A stretch of 64,000 nucleotides of DNA from Pyrodictiaceae archaeon (GCA_027036135.1 JALVSY010000007.1:36880-100879); one strand, 5' to 3'; positions 48,604 through 58,712 are shown, numbered from the stretch's first letter. A program made the numbers and translations. Notes: a model not told the origin generated them from the letters alone.

Positions 48604-49710
48604 TTACTTCTCTGCTTTTACCAGATTTATGACTAGTTTCATGGGTATTGTTGTCTCTGTGCCGTTCTCGTCCTCTACGCTTATTGAGCCGTCTATTTCT
48701 AGGTGTTTTATTACCCCGTGGCTTATTGTTGCTACTCCTTTTGTGCCTTGGCCGCTAAATGTCTGTGCCTTTGTCATTGTCTCTGGGAATAGGAAGTAGG
48801 GTATCTGTGTAGCGCTGCTCGATAGTGTTGTGCAGACCATCTTGCCGGGTGGGTATGGCCATAGCTGCGTCATTGCCTGGCTCGCTGTTGCCTTGTCGCC
48901 ACCAACTATGCTGTATTTTAGGCATACCTTGTCACCGGTTCTCTTAACAACGTCTACTCTTACATCATAGGTCGTTGCCGTGTAGTCGCCGGTGGGTTTG
49001 CCGGTGGCTATGTCCATCTTAGCTACTTTCCATGTGAACTTGTAGTAGAGTGTCTTGACGCTAGCTGAGCTGGGCTCGGTGCTGCTCGGTGCCTGCTGGG
49101 TAGTTGTCCTGGATATTTGCTGCTTTGTCGTGGCTGCTTGCTGGCTTGTTGTCGTGGTTGCTAGTCTTACGCTGAGCTGTACTGGGACCTTCTCGCCGTT
49201 ATAGTCGACGGTGTAGCTGTAGTTTAGGCTCCTCAATACACCGTTCTCGACGTAGGCCTTGCCAGCGCCGCTTGCCGAGTTTATGGCCACGTCACCGGTT
49301 CTACCCGGGTCTGTGAAGTACGTTGATAGGTCTACTTGCTTGGCTTTTAGGTCTGTGCAGAGCACTTGGTTCTCCGCGGTGTATCCCTGGTAGCCGTACA
49401 TGAAGTCGCGGATGAAGCTGGGATCGCCCTGCTTTACGTCAACTATCTTGTAGGTGTAGCATAGCTGGTCACTAGTCCTCTTGACCACGTGTACTGCTAC
49501 GTCGAAGCGATGGGTCTCGTGGTTCTGGCCGACTACTACCTGGTAGCTATAGGTTAGGTCCTTGGCGTTGCCCGTGCTTAGGTCATCGGTGGTCTTTGTT
49601 GCTGTTATGCTGTGTATGAACTGGCTCGGTGTCTGCCCGGTGAAGAACCAGACAGCTCCGAAGAATAGGGCTCCCAAGACCAATACGGTCGCGATTAGTT
49701 TTCCTAACAA
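48604..49710 (-). CDS. membrane-anchored surface protein with two homologous beta-rich domains
   Basis: N-terminal TM; FDVAVHVVKRTSDQLC vs YDVRVDVVKRTGDKVC; Thr/Gln/Ser linker. Confidence 0.75.
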   Translation of the reverse strand: MLGKLIATVLVLGALFFGAVWFFTGQTPSQFIHSITATKTTDDLSTGNAKDLTYSYQVVVGQNHETHRFDVAVHVVKRTSDQLCYTYKIVDVKQGDPSFIRDFMYGYQGYTAENQVLCTDLKAKQVDLSTYFTDPGRTGDVAINSASGAGKAYVENGVLRSLNYSYTVDYNGEKVPVQLSVRLATTTTSQQAATTKQQISRTTTQQAPSSTEPSSASVKTLYYKFTWKVAKMDIATGKPTGDYTATTYDVRVDVVKRTGDKVCLKYSIVGGDKATASQAMTQLWPYPPGKMVCTTLSSSATQIPYFLFPETMTKAQTFSGQGTKGVATISHGVIKHLEIDGSISVEDENGTETTIPMKLVINLVKAEK

Positions 49711-49852
49711 GACGTGTACAACTCTTTCGTTTCCAGGGTACTAGTAGTCCCCGGCCCTAATAAATGCTCGCATAAACACTACTGGGGTAAAGAAGCAGAC
49801 TACATGAGGCAAGAGATGTTCTTGAAGAAGCTTGTCGCGTGTGCTATGAAAG

Positions 49853-51415
49853 CTATTCCTCAACCGTTTTCACCGAGTATTTGTAGGCTTCTATGAGTGT
49901 GCTTGGGGGTATGCTTAGCCTTACTAAGCGGTGCCACTTTGGCTCGGGTGCCTCGTAGGTGTAGTGGTCTAGGTTTACTCCGAGGCTCCTAGCAGTGCTC
50001 CATAGCTGGCCTAGTCTCCCGCCTCGCCGGGCCCACTCATCTATTATCCTTGCTATCTTCTCGTCTCCCCTCGCCACGACTGTCTGGGCGTAGGCGTAGC
50101 GGTAGCTCAGCGGCTCTATGCTCAGCACCTTGCTCTGTGCTCTCCGTAGTATCCTTACTCTGCGCTCATAGCTAGCCCTATCAATCAAGCGGTGGAACTG
50201 CATCGGTGTATGAGGCTTGGGCACCAAAGGGTTAAGAGTAACCCTTATCGCCTCGCGCATCGGTGGAGCCTTCTTGCTCAGTTCTCTCAGTGCATCGGCG
50301 TAGCCCTCTACGTCTCTATCAGTCTCCCCGGGGAGCCCGAGCATAAGGTAGAGCTTGACGTGCATCCTCCGGGCCCACGCCCAGCCAGCCACCTCCTCGA
50401 CGAGGCCACGGCTCATACACTTCCCTATGCCTCGGCAAAGCCTCGGGCTAAGGGTCTCGGGCGCCACTGTTAGGACTCTTTGCCCAAGCCTCGCCAGTAG
50501 CTCTACACGGTCCTCGCTGAGCATATCCGCTCTAAGACTCCCAATACTCGCCTCGAGGCCCTCCCCCTCAAGGTACTCGAGGAGCCTGTCAGCAGCAGGG
50601 TGATCGAAGAAGCTCAGCGCGTAGAAGGCTACACGGCTAACCCCGTTAGCCTCGACGCCGCGCTCTATGAGGCCGCGGAGCTTCTCGTAGCTCCGGTGAC
50701 GCGTGGGTAGGAGGAAGTGAGCCTCCATACAGAACCTACACATATGCGGGCAGCCCCTACTAGCCTCGACCATGTATGCTTCTCCCCATGGCTCCCCGCT
50801 ACCCGGTACACGGAACTGCGCAACGGAGTGGAAAACATTGTCAAGGTCGTGTACAAGGGCTTTGTCCACGGCCCCGCACCCCGGGGCGAGGAACCCGGGC
50901 CTACACGCAAGCTCCTCAACCACGCCCCTCGCTCCGTGCTCGTAGGCTTTCTCCACGAGGAGGGGGAGCAGGGGCTCAGCCTCCCCAACCGCGACCAGGT
51001 CTCCGGCCCCCAGCGCCACAACAGGGTTCATACTGGGAACGGGGCCGCCCAGGACGACCAGGGGGTGTTCCTTGTTCCTCTCCTCGCGGAGAAACGGGAT
51101 CCCCGCTGCGTGGAGGATGCGGGCAAGCGTGACATAGTCGAGCTCATAGCTAATACTAGCAACTATTAGGTCGAAGTCGCGGAGCAAGCTACCAGTCTCA
51201 AGGCTACGAGGCACAGGCTCAGCGCCAGCCGTTGAGCTGGCGACGAAGCGCTCAGCATACACGTAGTCAAGGCTATTAAGGAGATAATACATGTTCTGAT
51301 AAGCCAAGCTAGCAACAGCAGCACCATAAGGAGCAGGATACACAAGAGCAACCCTCAGACAACCCCTACAACGCTTAACCACGACACCATGCTCCCGCGA
51401 ACCACAACACCTCAC
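49853..51415 (-). CDS. B12-binding radical SAM protein
   Basis: YAERF, SYELDY, LGGP, EASRGCPHMCRFC, SLRAD, APE, PKPHTP. Confidence 0.88.
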   Translation of the reverse strand: MRCCGSREHGVVVKRCRGCLRVALVYPAPYGAAVASLAYQNMYYLLNSLDYVYAERFVASSTAGAEPVPRSLETGSLLRDFDLIVASISYELDYVTLARILHAAGIPFLREERNKEHPLVVLGGPVPSMNPVVALGAGDLVAVGEAEPLLPLLVEKAYEHGARGVVEELACRPGFLAPGCGAVDKALVHDLDNVFHSVAQFRVPGSGEPWGEAYMVEASRGCPHMCRFCMEAHFLLPTRHRSYEKLRGLIERGVEANGVSRVAFYALSFFDHPAADRLLEYLEGEGLEASIGSLRADMLSEDRVELLARLGQRVLTVAPETLSPRLCRGIGKCMSRGLVEEVAGWAWARRMHVKLYLMLGLPGETDRDVEGYADALRELSKKAPPMREAIRVTLNPLVPKPHTPMQFHRLIDRASYERRVRILRRAQSKVLSIEPLSYRYAYAQTVVARGDEKIARIIDEWARRGGRLGQLWSTARSLGVNLDHYTYEAPEPKWHRLVRLSIPPSTLIEAYKYSVKTVEE

Positions 51416-51595
51416 ACCAGGATAATCACCCCCTAGAACTCCCGGGCCAAGGCCCCTTAATAGCTGACAACTAGAGTAATGATGCGAAAAAGGACTTGCA
51501 ACGGTTCTTGATGTTACGCAAAATCTATATCACTGCCATCATTTACATGAGATGGAAATATGTATATAACTATGAACACTCTGTGACTCCCTGAG

Positions 51596-51949
51596 TTAAA
51601 GGAGCAATACTTTCATTATCTTCTGGTTTATCTCGTCCCGTAGCCGCGGCCCTATGGAGCCTATTTCACCCGCTATAAGCCTCTTGTGCAACGTAGCTAT
51701 CTTGGATAACTTTAGCACAGAGGAGTCTGTCTTGAGCCCCGTGAGTCGGAACTCAGGATGCGACATGGTTATTAACACATCTGTCTCTGGGTCGTATTTG
51801 TCTACCCTAGAGGAGATAAACGCTACAACAACATCTCTCCCACTATCGTGGAGAACGAGTGCTGGCCGGAGCTTTCTTCCCCTAAGATCCGTAAAGGGAA
51901 AGTAGATAAGCACTATCTTACCCTTTAACGTCGTCCTCTGTGTAGACAT
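51596..51949 (-). CDS. PemK/MazF-like toxin
   Basis: GKIVLIYFPFTDLRGRKLRPALV, TGLKTDS, IGSI. Confidence 0.85.
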   Translation of the reverse strand: MSTQRTTLKGKIVLIYFPFTDLRGRKLRPALVLHDSGRDVVVAFISSRVDKYDPETDVLITMSHPEFRLTGLKTDSSVLKLSKIATLHKRLIAGEIGSIGPRLRDEINQKIMKVLLL

Positions 51950-52145
51950 CTGGTTCGTCCTCCAAGAACTCTCGGAGACTCTCTTCCTGTATGCGCAGAA
52001 GCCCATACTCCTCCAGAAACTCCACAAACTTGTCAAACTCATCGCTCACAATAATATCTAGGATAGCCTCTATTCTACGCCTAACCTTCTCGGCGTCAAC
52101 CCCCCTAGGCACCCTCACTACCACAGTTTCCGACACTATCATCAC
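51918..52145 (-). CDS. putative antitoxin of the PemK-like toxin
   Basis: Small acidic ORF overlapping the toxin start; ends EFLEDEPDVYTEDD. Confidence 0.65.
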   Translation of the reverse strand: MMIVSETVVVRVPRGVDAEKVRRRIEAILDIIVSDEFDKFVEFLEEYGLLRIQEESLREFLEDEPDVYTEDDVKG

Positions 52146-52555
52146 CCCACAAGCCTACAAGAAATCATAAGAACACTTTATTAGCGTTACCAAGAACTAT
52201 ATAACACATATCTATTCCCAGCCATCAAGGCTTGCAGGGAACCCCTACAAGGCCAACTTAGAGAGACCAGCTTCCCGTAGGAGTACAGAAGAACCACTAT
52301 GCCTACCACTCTTCCTTGCTATTATAATCCATTAAGGTCCTGCACGCGTTCGCGTCAAGACTTAGTCCGCTATCGCGCGAGAAACCAGTTAAGAATTCTT
52401 CAAGCCTGAGAATATCAGAGCGCTACTTAGCACATGACGGTTATTAGCCCAGAACTGTTTTTAGATTCTTTCAGACCTAGGAAAGGGTCATGTAGTCTTG
52501 CTTGCTCCATTATAATTATATTACTTGGGACGTGTTGAGAATACTTGTGGGGTCA

Positions 52556-52876
52556 ATGGTGCCTGGCCAAGCTAAGCTAGAGTTATCGGGAAACAAGGCC
52601 AGGGTACTGCTAAGAGCTCTCAGCGCTGAGGCTAGGAGACTAGAGCTAGAAATCGAGGCTACTAAGGAGAGGATAAGGATGTTTGAGGAAAAGTACGGGA
52701 TGAGTTCAGAGGAGTTTATGGCTAAGTATACCAGGGGTGAGATGGGTGACGAGGAGGAATACATGGAGTGGTACGGGGAACTCGTCTTCCTAGAAAGAGC
52801 TACCAGGGAGCTAGAGGAGCTGAGAGAGCTTGCAAGCACAGCCTCTCAGAGCCTATCTAGAAAGAGTCAGAGCTAA
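52556..52876 (+). CDS. putative antitoxin (TumA-like)
   Basis: FEEKYGMSSEEF...GEMGD..EYMEW; upstream of the DUF6516 gene. Confidence 0.7.
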   Translation: MVPGQAKLELSGNKARVLLRALSAEARRLELEIEATKERIRMFEEKYGMSSEEFMAKYTRGEMGDEEEYMEWYGELVFLERATRELEELRELASTASQSLSRKSQS

Positions 52877-53246
52877 GATAGAAGAACTAGAACCATTAAT
52901 CTCTAGTGTTAGTCTGCACATGGATCAAAGAGGACCGACAAGGCTTGTCTTGAAGGGCACAATAATCTTCATAAATGGGACCAAACTACACTTCCTAGAA
53001 TATATTTCTGTGGAAGACAACATTCTTGAAAGAATCGTGTACTGGTTCCACTACGTTAAGCCCGATAATAAGCTAATATTTCGCTACGATAATGCGCCGC
53101 ATCACCCAGAGCTAGAGACTTTTCCACACCACAAGCACCTAGCTAATGGTACAGTAGTAGCGTCAGAGGAACAAACTCTACCACGAGTACTTGACGAGAT
53201 CAAAGCACTAGTGCTACGCTCCTTCAGGGGCAGCGACAATACATAG
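52830..53246 (+). CDS. DUF6516/TumE-like toxin
   Basis: FRYDNAPHHPELETFPHHKH. Confidence 0.8.
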   Translation: MQAQPLRAYLERVRAKIEELEPLISSVSLHMDQRGPTRLVLKGTIIFINGTKLHFLEYISVEDNILERIVYWFHYVKPDNKLIFRYDNAPHHPELETFPHHKHLANGTVVASEEQTLPRVLDEIKALVLRSFRGSDNT

Positions 53247-53467
53247 CAAATACATCTACATAGCCGCACTAGTTTCCGACGAGGAGTCTAAGCAGACCAT
53301 AACTAAGAGTGAACGCCTCGGCTCTCTTTGCAAAGGAGGCGTAAAAAGACTCGATCTTCAAGATAGGAATAAGCGCTGTTAGAAAGGAGCCTATATGCTT
53401 AGGGTACTGGCCTCGTTCTCCCCTTACCCTTACTCGTAAATGCTGAGCCTCTTTCAGGCTTTGCGGC

Positions 53468-54553
53468 TTATTTCTTGGCTTGTAGGCGTTCTTGTAGCAG
53501 TGTCCTGTATGCTGGTAGTTGCCATGCATAGTACTCTCCTATGCCTTGCTCGGGGCTCGGGGGCAGCGGTTTGCCTGCTAGTGTTGTTGCTGCCTTGTAT
53601 ATGAAGAGGTTGTGCTCTGTGAGTAGCCTTACTAGTCTCTGGAGCCTCGGCGAGGCCCTCGTCACGGCGGCGTCGGGGTCCTCTAGCAGCGTGTGTAGCT
53701 CTTCTAGGAGTCCCTCTGCCCTGATCCTCGCCAATACTGGCACGACTACGCTGATGTCTAGGTCATGGAGCCAGGCCTCGGTGCTCCACTGGTAAATGGT
53801 TGCTATCTGTATGAGTGCCCTAGGGTTTCCACCAGTCAGCTCCCAGGCCTCCTCCACCGCGTCTCTACTAGGTGCTCCTAGGATGCTTGCTAGTTCCTCG
53901 AATCCATCCCTGGGCATGCCCCATAGGAGCCTAAGACCGAGCCAAGTTGGGTGCCTCCTCAGCCTCTCCAGGCTAAGACCCTCACTCGTAGAAGCGACTA
54001 GTAGCGCTGAGGCTGGCTCCTTCTCAGCTAAGTCGTACTCTAGGAGACGTAATAGGCTCTTAACATAGGCCTCCACGGAGTCCAGGCCAATGGGGCGCGC
54101 AACATCATCAACCACTACCACTACGTGCTTGCCGCGAACAAGCCTCTTCTCAACACCTGCCAGTACACGGGTAACAGCATAGGCAAGCACAGCGCCAAGA
54201 GAACCCGAAGCACCCCGAGCAGCCTCTACTAATAGGCGGCGAAGCTCCTCAGAACCATAAATAGCCCGCCCAGGATCCCGCTCCTCCAACGCATCAATAT
54301 AGACAACAAGGTACCCCTCACGGCCACTAAGCCTCCTAGCAAACTCCCTCAACAACCTAGTCTTACCACAGCCCTCCGGCCCATAGAGATAAACTGGGAC
54401 ACCCGAGCCACGCTCAGCAAGCCCAAACAAGGCACCAAGCTCATCAACACGGTCAACAAACCTCAAACCCAGCAAGCCCTCGGCCCCAGGACGAGAAAGT
54501 ATAGCAAGAGGAGGAGCCAATAAACACCAGGCAAGAAAGACACCGAGTCCCAT
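53468..54553 (-). CDS. archaeal ATPase (ATPase_2/AAA-type)
   Basis: FVDRVDEL, YGPEGCGKT, VVVDD, STSEG, TGGNPR; true start probably about 25 codons downstream. Confidence 0.85.
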   Translation of the reverse strand: MGLGVFLAWCLLAPPLAILSRPGAEGLLGLRFVDRVDELGALFGLAERGSGVPVYLYGPEGCGKTRLLREFARRLSGREGYLVVYIDALEERDPGRAIYGSEELRRLLVEAARGASGSLGAVLAYAVTRVLAGVEKRLVRGKHVVVVVDDVARPIGLDSVEAYVKSLLRLLEYDLAEKEPASALLVASTSEGLSLERLRRHPTWLGLRLLWGMPRDGFEELASILGAPSRDAVEEAWELTGGNPRALIQIATIYQWSTEAWLHDLDISVVVPVLARIRAEGLLEELHTLLEDPDAAVTRASPRLQRLVRLLTEHNLFIYKAATTLAGKPLPPSPEQGIGEYYAWQLPAYRTLLQERLQAKK

Positions 54554-54777
54554 GTCCTCTAGGCAACTCTTTATGAACCTAGGAAAGCTATACTGGAGGG
54601 GCAGGGAATAATGCGATTAGGTGCTCTAGAGAATATGGGGCACGTTGCTTTACTGCTTCTGTAAGCAGTAGTAAGCAAGACTACAAAAGGACTCTCTTGT
54701 ACATTTCCTTGACTCGTGTTTACTGAAGTAAGGTTATTGTAGAGCTATGTGATGCTTAAATCCCTGGGGCTAAGTTT

Positions 54778-55224
54778 ATGCCCGAGAAGGTTTATCGCGT
54801 CGTGGTGAGTAAGCCTGGTATAGTTACCTTGGTTGATGGTAGTAAGCTTATCCTGCGCGTCGTCATAGTTGGTGTGAAGTATACGGGGTTCTCCCCGCTA
54901 GGTGGCGTGAACTTCGCTATTAAGCCCGCTGGTGGTGTCTCGTCGCTCTATGTGCCGGAGGAACTGAGAAACATGGTGAGGGATAAGCCTGTTAGCCCGC
55001 CTGATAGGCTTCCTGAGAATGGCTGGGAGCTAGTAGACATAGCTGGGCAGGAGCCAGCGGAGGAGGAGGTAGAGCTCGATGTAAATAACAGGAAGTACCG
55101 GGTCAAGGTTATAGGCGAGGCCTCAATGGTCTCGCGGAACACTAGTTACAAGACACAGCTAGGCGAACCACTATACTGGGTACAGTGGAGCGTCAAGGTG
55201 CAGTGGAGACCCCTAGAGAGGTGA
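54778..55224 (+). CDS. hypothetical protein (beta-rich)
   Basis: 148-aa ORF after a TTAAAT box; LVDGSKLILR...GEPLYWV. Confidence 0.7.
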   Translation: MPEKVYRVVVSKPGIVTLVDGSKLILRVVIVGVKYTGFSPLGGVNFAIKPAGGVSSLYVPEELRNMVRDKPVSPPDRLPENGWELVDIAGQEPAEEEVELDVNNRKYRVKVIGEASMVSRNTSYKTQLGEPLYWVQWSVKVQWRPLER

Positions 55225-55228
55225 GAGA

Positions 55229-55549
55229 ATGGCGACGCAGCCCATTCCTCTTCGATACCCCGTGCCTAGCAGCGTCGAGAGACTACAGGATATCAGTGGC
55301 CAGTTATTCGGCGACAGCACTGAGCTAACCGGGCAGGGCAGCGACGTGACGCAAGTACTTCAGTTCCCTGAGATAACGATGACCACTATGAGAACCCTTG
55401 TAGAGTCCCTCATAAAGGCTTTGTGGAGAAACATTGAGCCCAGAAAAGCCCTGCCGCTCCGACCAGGAGAAATAAGGAGAATAAGCAGCAACTTGTTAGT
55501 CGAGAAAACACTTGATGGCAAAATCATACTATACGAGGTAATAGAGTAA
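55229..55549 (+). CDS. hypothetical protein
   Basis: GAGGTGA RBS; operonic spacing. Confidence 0.65.
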   Translation: MATQPIPLRYPVPSSVERLQDISGQLFGDSTELTGQGSDVTQVLQFPEITMTTMRTLVESLIKALWRNIEPRKALPLRPGEIRRISSNLLVEKTLDGKIILYEVIE

Positions 55550-55770
55550 TGGACAACGAATTCAGTGACATCGACATAGGTGCCCAGATAGAGTACAAAA
55601 AGGTGAAAAAGATACTAGAGCTAGACCCCCGCGTCTTCAAGCCATGCGAGATAAAACAGTTCGAGAAAGGCATGCTACGCAAACAAACCTACCTAGTCCA
55701 CTTCGACGGCAAGAAATGGGACATACTAATCATAGGCAGCAACGGCATAGAACGCTACATACTCGAGTAA
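55549..55770 (+). CDS. hypothetical protein
   Basis: GAGGT RBS; TAATG stop/start overlap. Confidence 0.65.
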   Translation: MDNEFSDIDIGAQIEYKKVKKILELDPRVFKPCEIKQFEKGMLRKQTYLVHFDGKKWDILIIGSNGIERYILE

Positions 55771-55979
55771 ACAATCCCCGGCCACACCGGCCAAGAACAA
55801 TATTAGTTCTCTCCATATAGCTGGGCCACTCGTCAGAATCTTTGCCTTCCCGCCACATCCTACACCTAGCTTCTCCTGCTAGTCCCTCTCCGCTCCATAC
55901 CCAGTACCTATCCTATGATCCCGCACGAGAGAACATAAATGCGAAAACCTATACGGAGTGGAATATAGGCGATAGTTCC

Positions 55980-56492
55980 TTGAAAATCCTCACTATCAAG
56001 GACTTTAACCAAGCCTTAGAACATATTAGAAAAGGCCTCAAAGCAAGCAGGAATACTCTAGACCAGGGTAGCGGGACACACGACAAGAGGCTAAGGAAGC
56101 TATTCTTCGAGACCTGCCGAGAAGCACTCATCAAGAAGCTAGGAATGAGCACGGAGGCTTTCCTGGAAACATGCTTCGTAGAAGGCTTCAACAAGATCCC
56201 CGGCAAGAAACCAACACTCTTCGGCTCCAAAACCTACCCAGATGCCGTCATAAAGCTCGGCAACGGAGAACTCGTCGCCATCGAGCTAGACTGGGGCAAC
56301 AAGGGAAGCAAACTAAGAAACGCCCTAGCCAAAGCGGGCATGCACAAACTCATCGGGAACTACGCCCAGACAATACTATTCTTCCTAGTCTATCCAGTCC
56401 AAGCAAAGCAAAAGATACAGATAACCGAGCTCGAACAAAAAGTACTAAAGTTCTACGAAGAAGAACTATCAACTAAGCTAATTATACTTTAA
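55980..56492 (+). CDS. PD-(D/E)xK-like nuclease-fold protein
   Basis: YPDAVIK...LVAIELD; start estimated at TTG 55980. Confidence 0.55.
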   Translation: MKILTIKDFNQALEHIRKGLKASRNTLDQGSGTHDKRLRKLFFETCREALIKKLGMSTEAFLETCFVEGFNKIPGKKPTLFGSKTYPDAVIKLGNGELVAIELDWGNKGSKLRNALAKAGMHKLIGNYAQTILFFLVYPVQAKQKIQITELEQKVLKFYEEELSTKLIIL

Positions 56493-56755
56493 AACCTTTG
56501 CGTAACCTCCACCTTATCACTTTATTATTTATAACCTTATCTTTAGTTATACCTGTACACTTTCTGACTTATCCTTATCCCGGTAACCATAACAACCACA
56601 CTCCCGCTCGGCTACGCACAATTGGCACGCTCCTGGAAGCACTCAGTATTGCTACGTCTTAGCCTAGTTCTTGTTTCCAAGACATAGACAGTGATCCACA
56701 ATATGTAGTCTCTAGTAGTATTACGTATCAGCGAATACATGGAGAGGAGTAGAAA

Positions 56756-56992
56756 TTGCCTAGGAGAAAGCGCCGCGTGAGCCTGCGAAGGAGAATTGCA
56801 GCAAGAAAAGCCTGGGACACGAGGACGAGGAACGAGGGAGTAAGACAAGCTCTTGGCTCATTGCTATCGTATGTGGATATTGTAGGTAAGGCTAAGAGCC
56901 TAAAGGATATTATTATGGGCGTGTTGAAGATCGCCGCGCCAAGACTGTATCGCAAGCATAGGCTCTTAAAGCGAATAGATAAAGCACTTTAG
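56756..56992 (+). CDS. small basic hypothetical protein
   Basis: GAGGAG RBS before TTG; Arg/Lys-rich. Confidence 0.45.
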   Translation: MPRRKRRVSLRRRIAARKAWDTRTRNEGVRQALGSLLSYVDIVGKAKSLKDIIMGVLKIAAPRLYRKHRLLKRIDKAL

Positions 56993-57065
56993 CCAAAAAG
57001 ACCGGGTTTTTTATAAAATCATTATTCTCTTGTGCGCCTAGTGTTTCTCGGAGGGGCTGTGTTTC

Positions 57066-57842
57066 TTGGCTAAGCTGAGGAGGCTTGTTGAGAGAATTCG
57101 GGGCTATTATGAGGAGTTTATTGAGGTTCTTCGGGGCTATGAGCGTGGTGAGGAGCGTGTTTATTCTGTCGAGAGGCTTGCTGAGCTCTTAGCTCAATCT
57201 ATACTTGATTTCGCGGCTGTGCTTGTTGCCCGGGAGCGTGGTGCGAAGCCGAGTACTTATCGCGAGCTCGCTAGGTGGCTTGCTCGGCGCCTTGGCCTAA
57301 GAGGAGACCTGGCCGGGTTTCTTGAGGGCCTTGCGGGTTTCCGCAATGTGCTTGTCCACATGTATGCCGAGATAGACGAGGAACTCGAGATGGAGGCTTT
57401 CCGCGAGATAGCCGAGAAGACCCCGGGGGTCATCGCGGCGCTCAAGGAGCTGGCTGGTAGTGATCCGTGTCTGGACGAGGTTGTGCCCCGGATCCGGCTT
57501 GTTGCTCGGCGTCTTGGGCTGCGCTATGTGCTTCTGTTCGGGTCCTTGGCTAGGAATGGGTGTGGTAGGGATGTGGACTTGGTTGTTAAGCTTGGGCGTA
57601 GGCCGCGTAGCTTGCTCGAGGTTGGGAGACTCCAGGTTATCTTCGAGGACGAGCTAGGGGCTCCTGTAGACCTCGTGGTTGTTGACGCTGGTGTTGACCC
57701 TGGCTTGGCGAAGACTATTGTTGATGAGGCCTTGCTGGTGTACGGGGACTCCGAGGAGGCTGAGCGCGACCTACTCCGCCTCTACAAGCTCTACCTAGAC
57801 TACGCCCAGTACCTAGAGAAGCTAGCAAGGATGAGACAATAG
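57066..57842 (+). CDS. HepT/DUF86 RNase fused to MNT nucleotidyltransferase
   Basis: GFRNVLVHMY (R-x4-H-x-Y), then LLFGSLAR...RDVDLVV, VDLVV in one frame. Confidence 0.85.
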   Translation: MAKLRRLVERIRGYYEEFIEVLRGYERGEERVYSVERLAELLAQSILDFAAVLVARERGAKPSTYRELARWLARRLGLRGDLAGFLEGLAGFRNVLVHMYAEIDEELEMEAFREIAEKTPGVIAALKELAGSDPCLDEVVPRIRLVARRLGLRYVLLFGSLARNGCGRDVDLVVKLGRRPRSLLEVGRLQVIFEDELGAPVDLVVVDAGVDPGLAKTIVDEALLVYGDSEEAERDLLRLYKLYLDYAQYLEKLARMRQ

Positions 57843-58012
57843 GTAAGCCAGGAGGTTCTGGACTATTATATATCACAGTAGGTAGTTGCTAGATTATACG
57901 CGTTGATTTATCTGTGCTTGTACGAAGCTGTTATCCTCCTGGGGCATTTTCTTCTTGCCTCGGTGCGCTTAATTAGTTTGTCACAGTCTATACCGGGTAT
58001 CGGGGGCTCGGC

Positions 58013-58285
58013 GTGGCCAAGGTAAGAGCCAGTATCTATGTTGATAGGAAGGTTTGGGAGCGGTTTCGGGCGTATGCTGCGAGGAGGGGTGTTGATGCTA
58101 ATAGGTTGCTCGAGGAGCTCATGATGGATGAGGTTGTTGACCTTGTTCTTGACGAGGTGTTGCTCCGGGCTGCTGGGGGTGAAGAGGAGGAGGTGCTGGA
58201 TTTTGAGCCTGTTGAGCCGCGGGGCTCTGTGAGCGAGCTTGTGAGGATTGCCAGGGATGAGAGGGCGCGTAGTATATCTGGATAG
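58013..58285 (+). CDS. putative antitoxin (RHH-like)
   Basis: KVRASIYVDRKVWERFR...SVSELVRIARDER; overlaps PIN gene. Confidence 0.72.
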   Translation: MAKVRASIYVDRKVWERFRAYAARRGVDANRLLEELMMDEVVDLVLDEVLLRAAGGEEEEVLDFEPVEPRGSVSELVRIARDERARSISG

Positions 58286-58712
58286 TAGCGCTATTGTGAA
58301 GAGGTATGTGCGGGAGCCTGGGAGCGAGACGCTGAGGAGGTTGTACCTTGAGGCCTCTGCGGGTGGGCTTGTTCTCTCCTTTAGTGTATGGAATATTGGG
58401 GAGGTTCTCGGTGTCCTGGACCGGGCTAGGAATACTGGGAGGCTCGGGGACGAGGAGTACCTGTTGGCTAGGAGGAGGTTCTTGCTTGAGACCCGTAGGC
58501 TCCTTAGGCAAGGCCGGTTAGTGATCGTGCCTATCCGTGTAAGGATTCTTGAGGAGTCCTGGAGGCTTGTTGAGAAGCACCATATATACCAGGCTGATGC
58601 GTTGCAGGTAGCGTCTGCTAAGCATGTTAGCGCCACAGAGTTCCTCGTAGCGGATAAGCGGCTACACAAGGTAGCTCTCAGCGAGGGACTGAGTAGCGTG
58701 CTACTCGGATAA
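58257..58712 (+). CDS. vapC: VapC/PIN toxin
   Basis: YLDSSAIVKRY..EPGS, WNIGE, ADALQVASA, ADKRL. Confidence 0.88.
   Translation: MRGRVVYLDSSAIVKRYVREPGSETLRRLYLEASAGGLVLSFSVWNIGEVLGVLDRARNTGRLGDEEYLLARRRFLLETRRLLRQGRLVIVPIRVRILEESWRLVEKHHIYQADALQVASAKHVSATEFLVADKRLHKVALSEGLSSVLLG

Noticed and set aside
57908-58669. 253-aa minus-strand ORF and similar antisense or alternate-frame ORFs (175-525, 15096-15590, 42828-43337, 62564-63313)
   Set aside because: Shadows of well-supported genes on the opposite strand or in another frame
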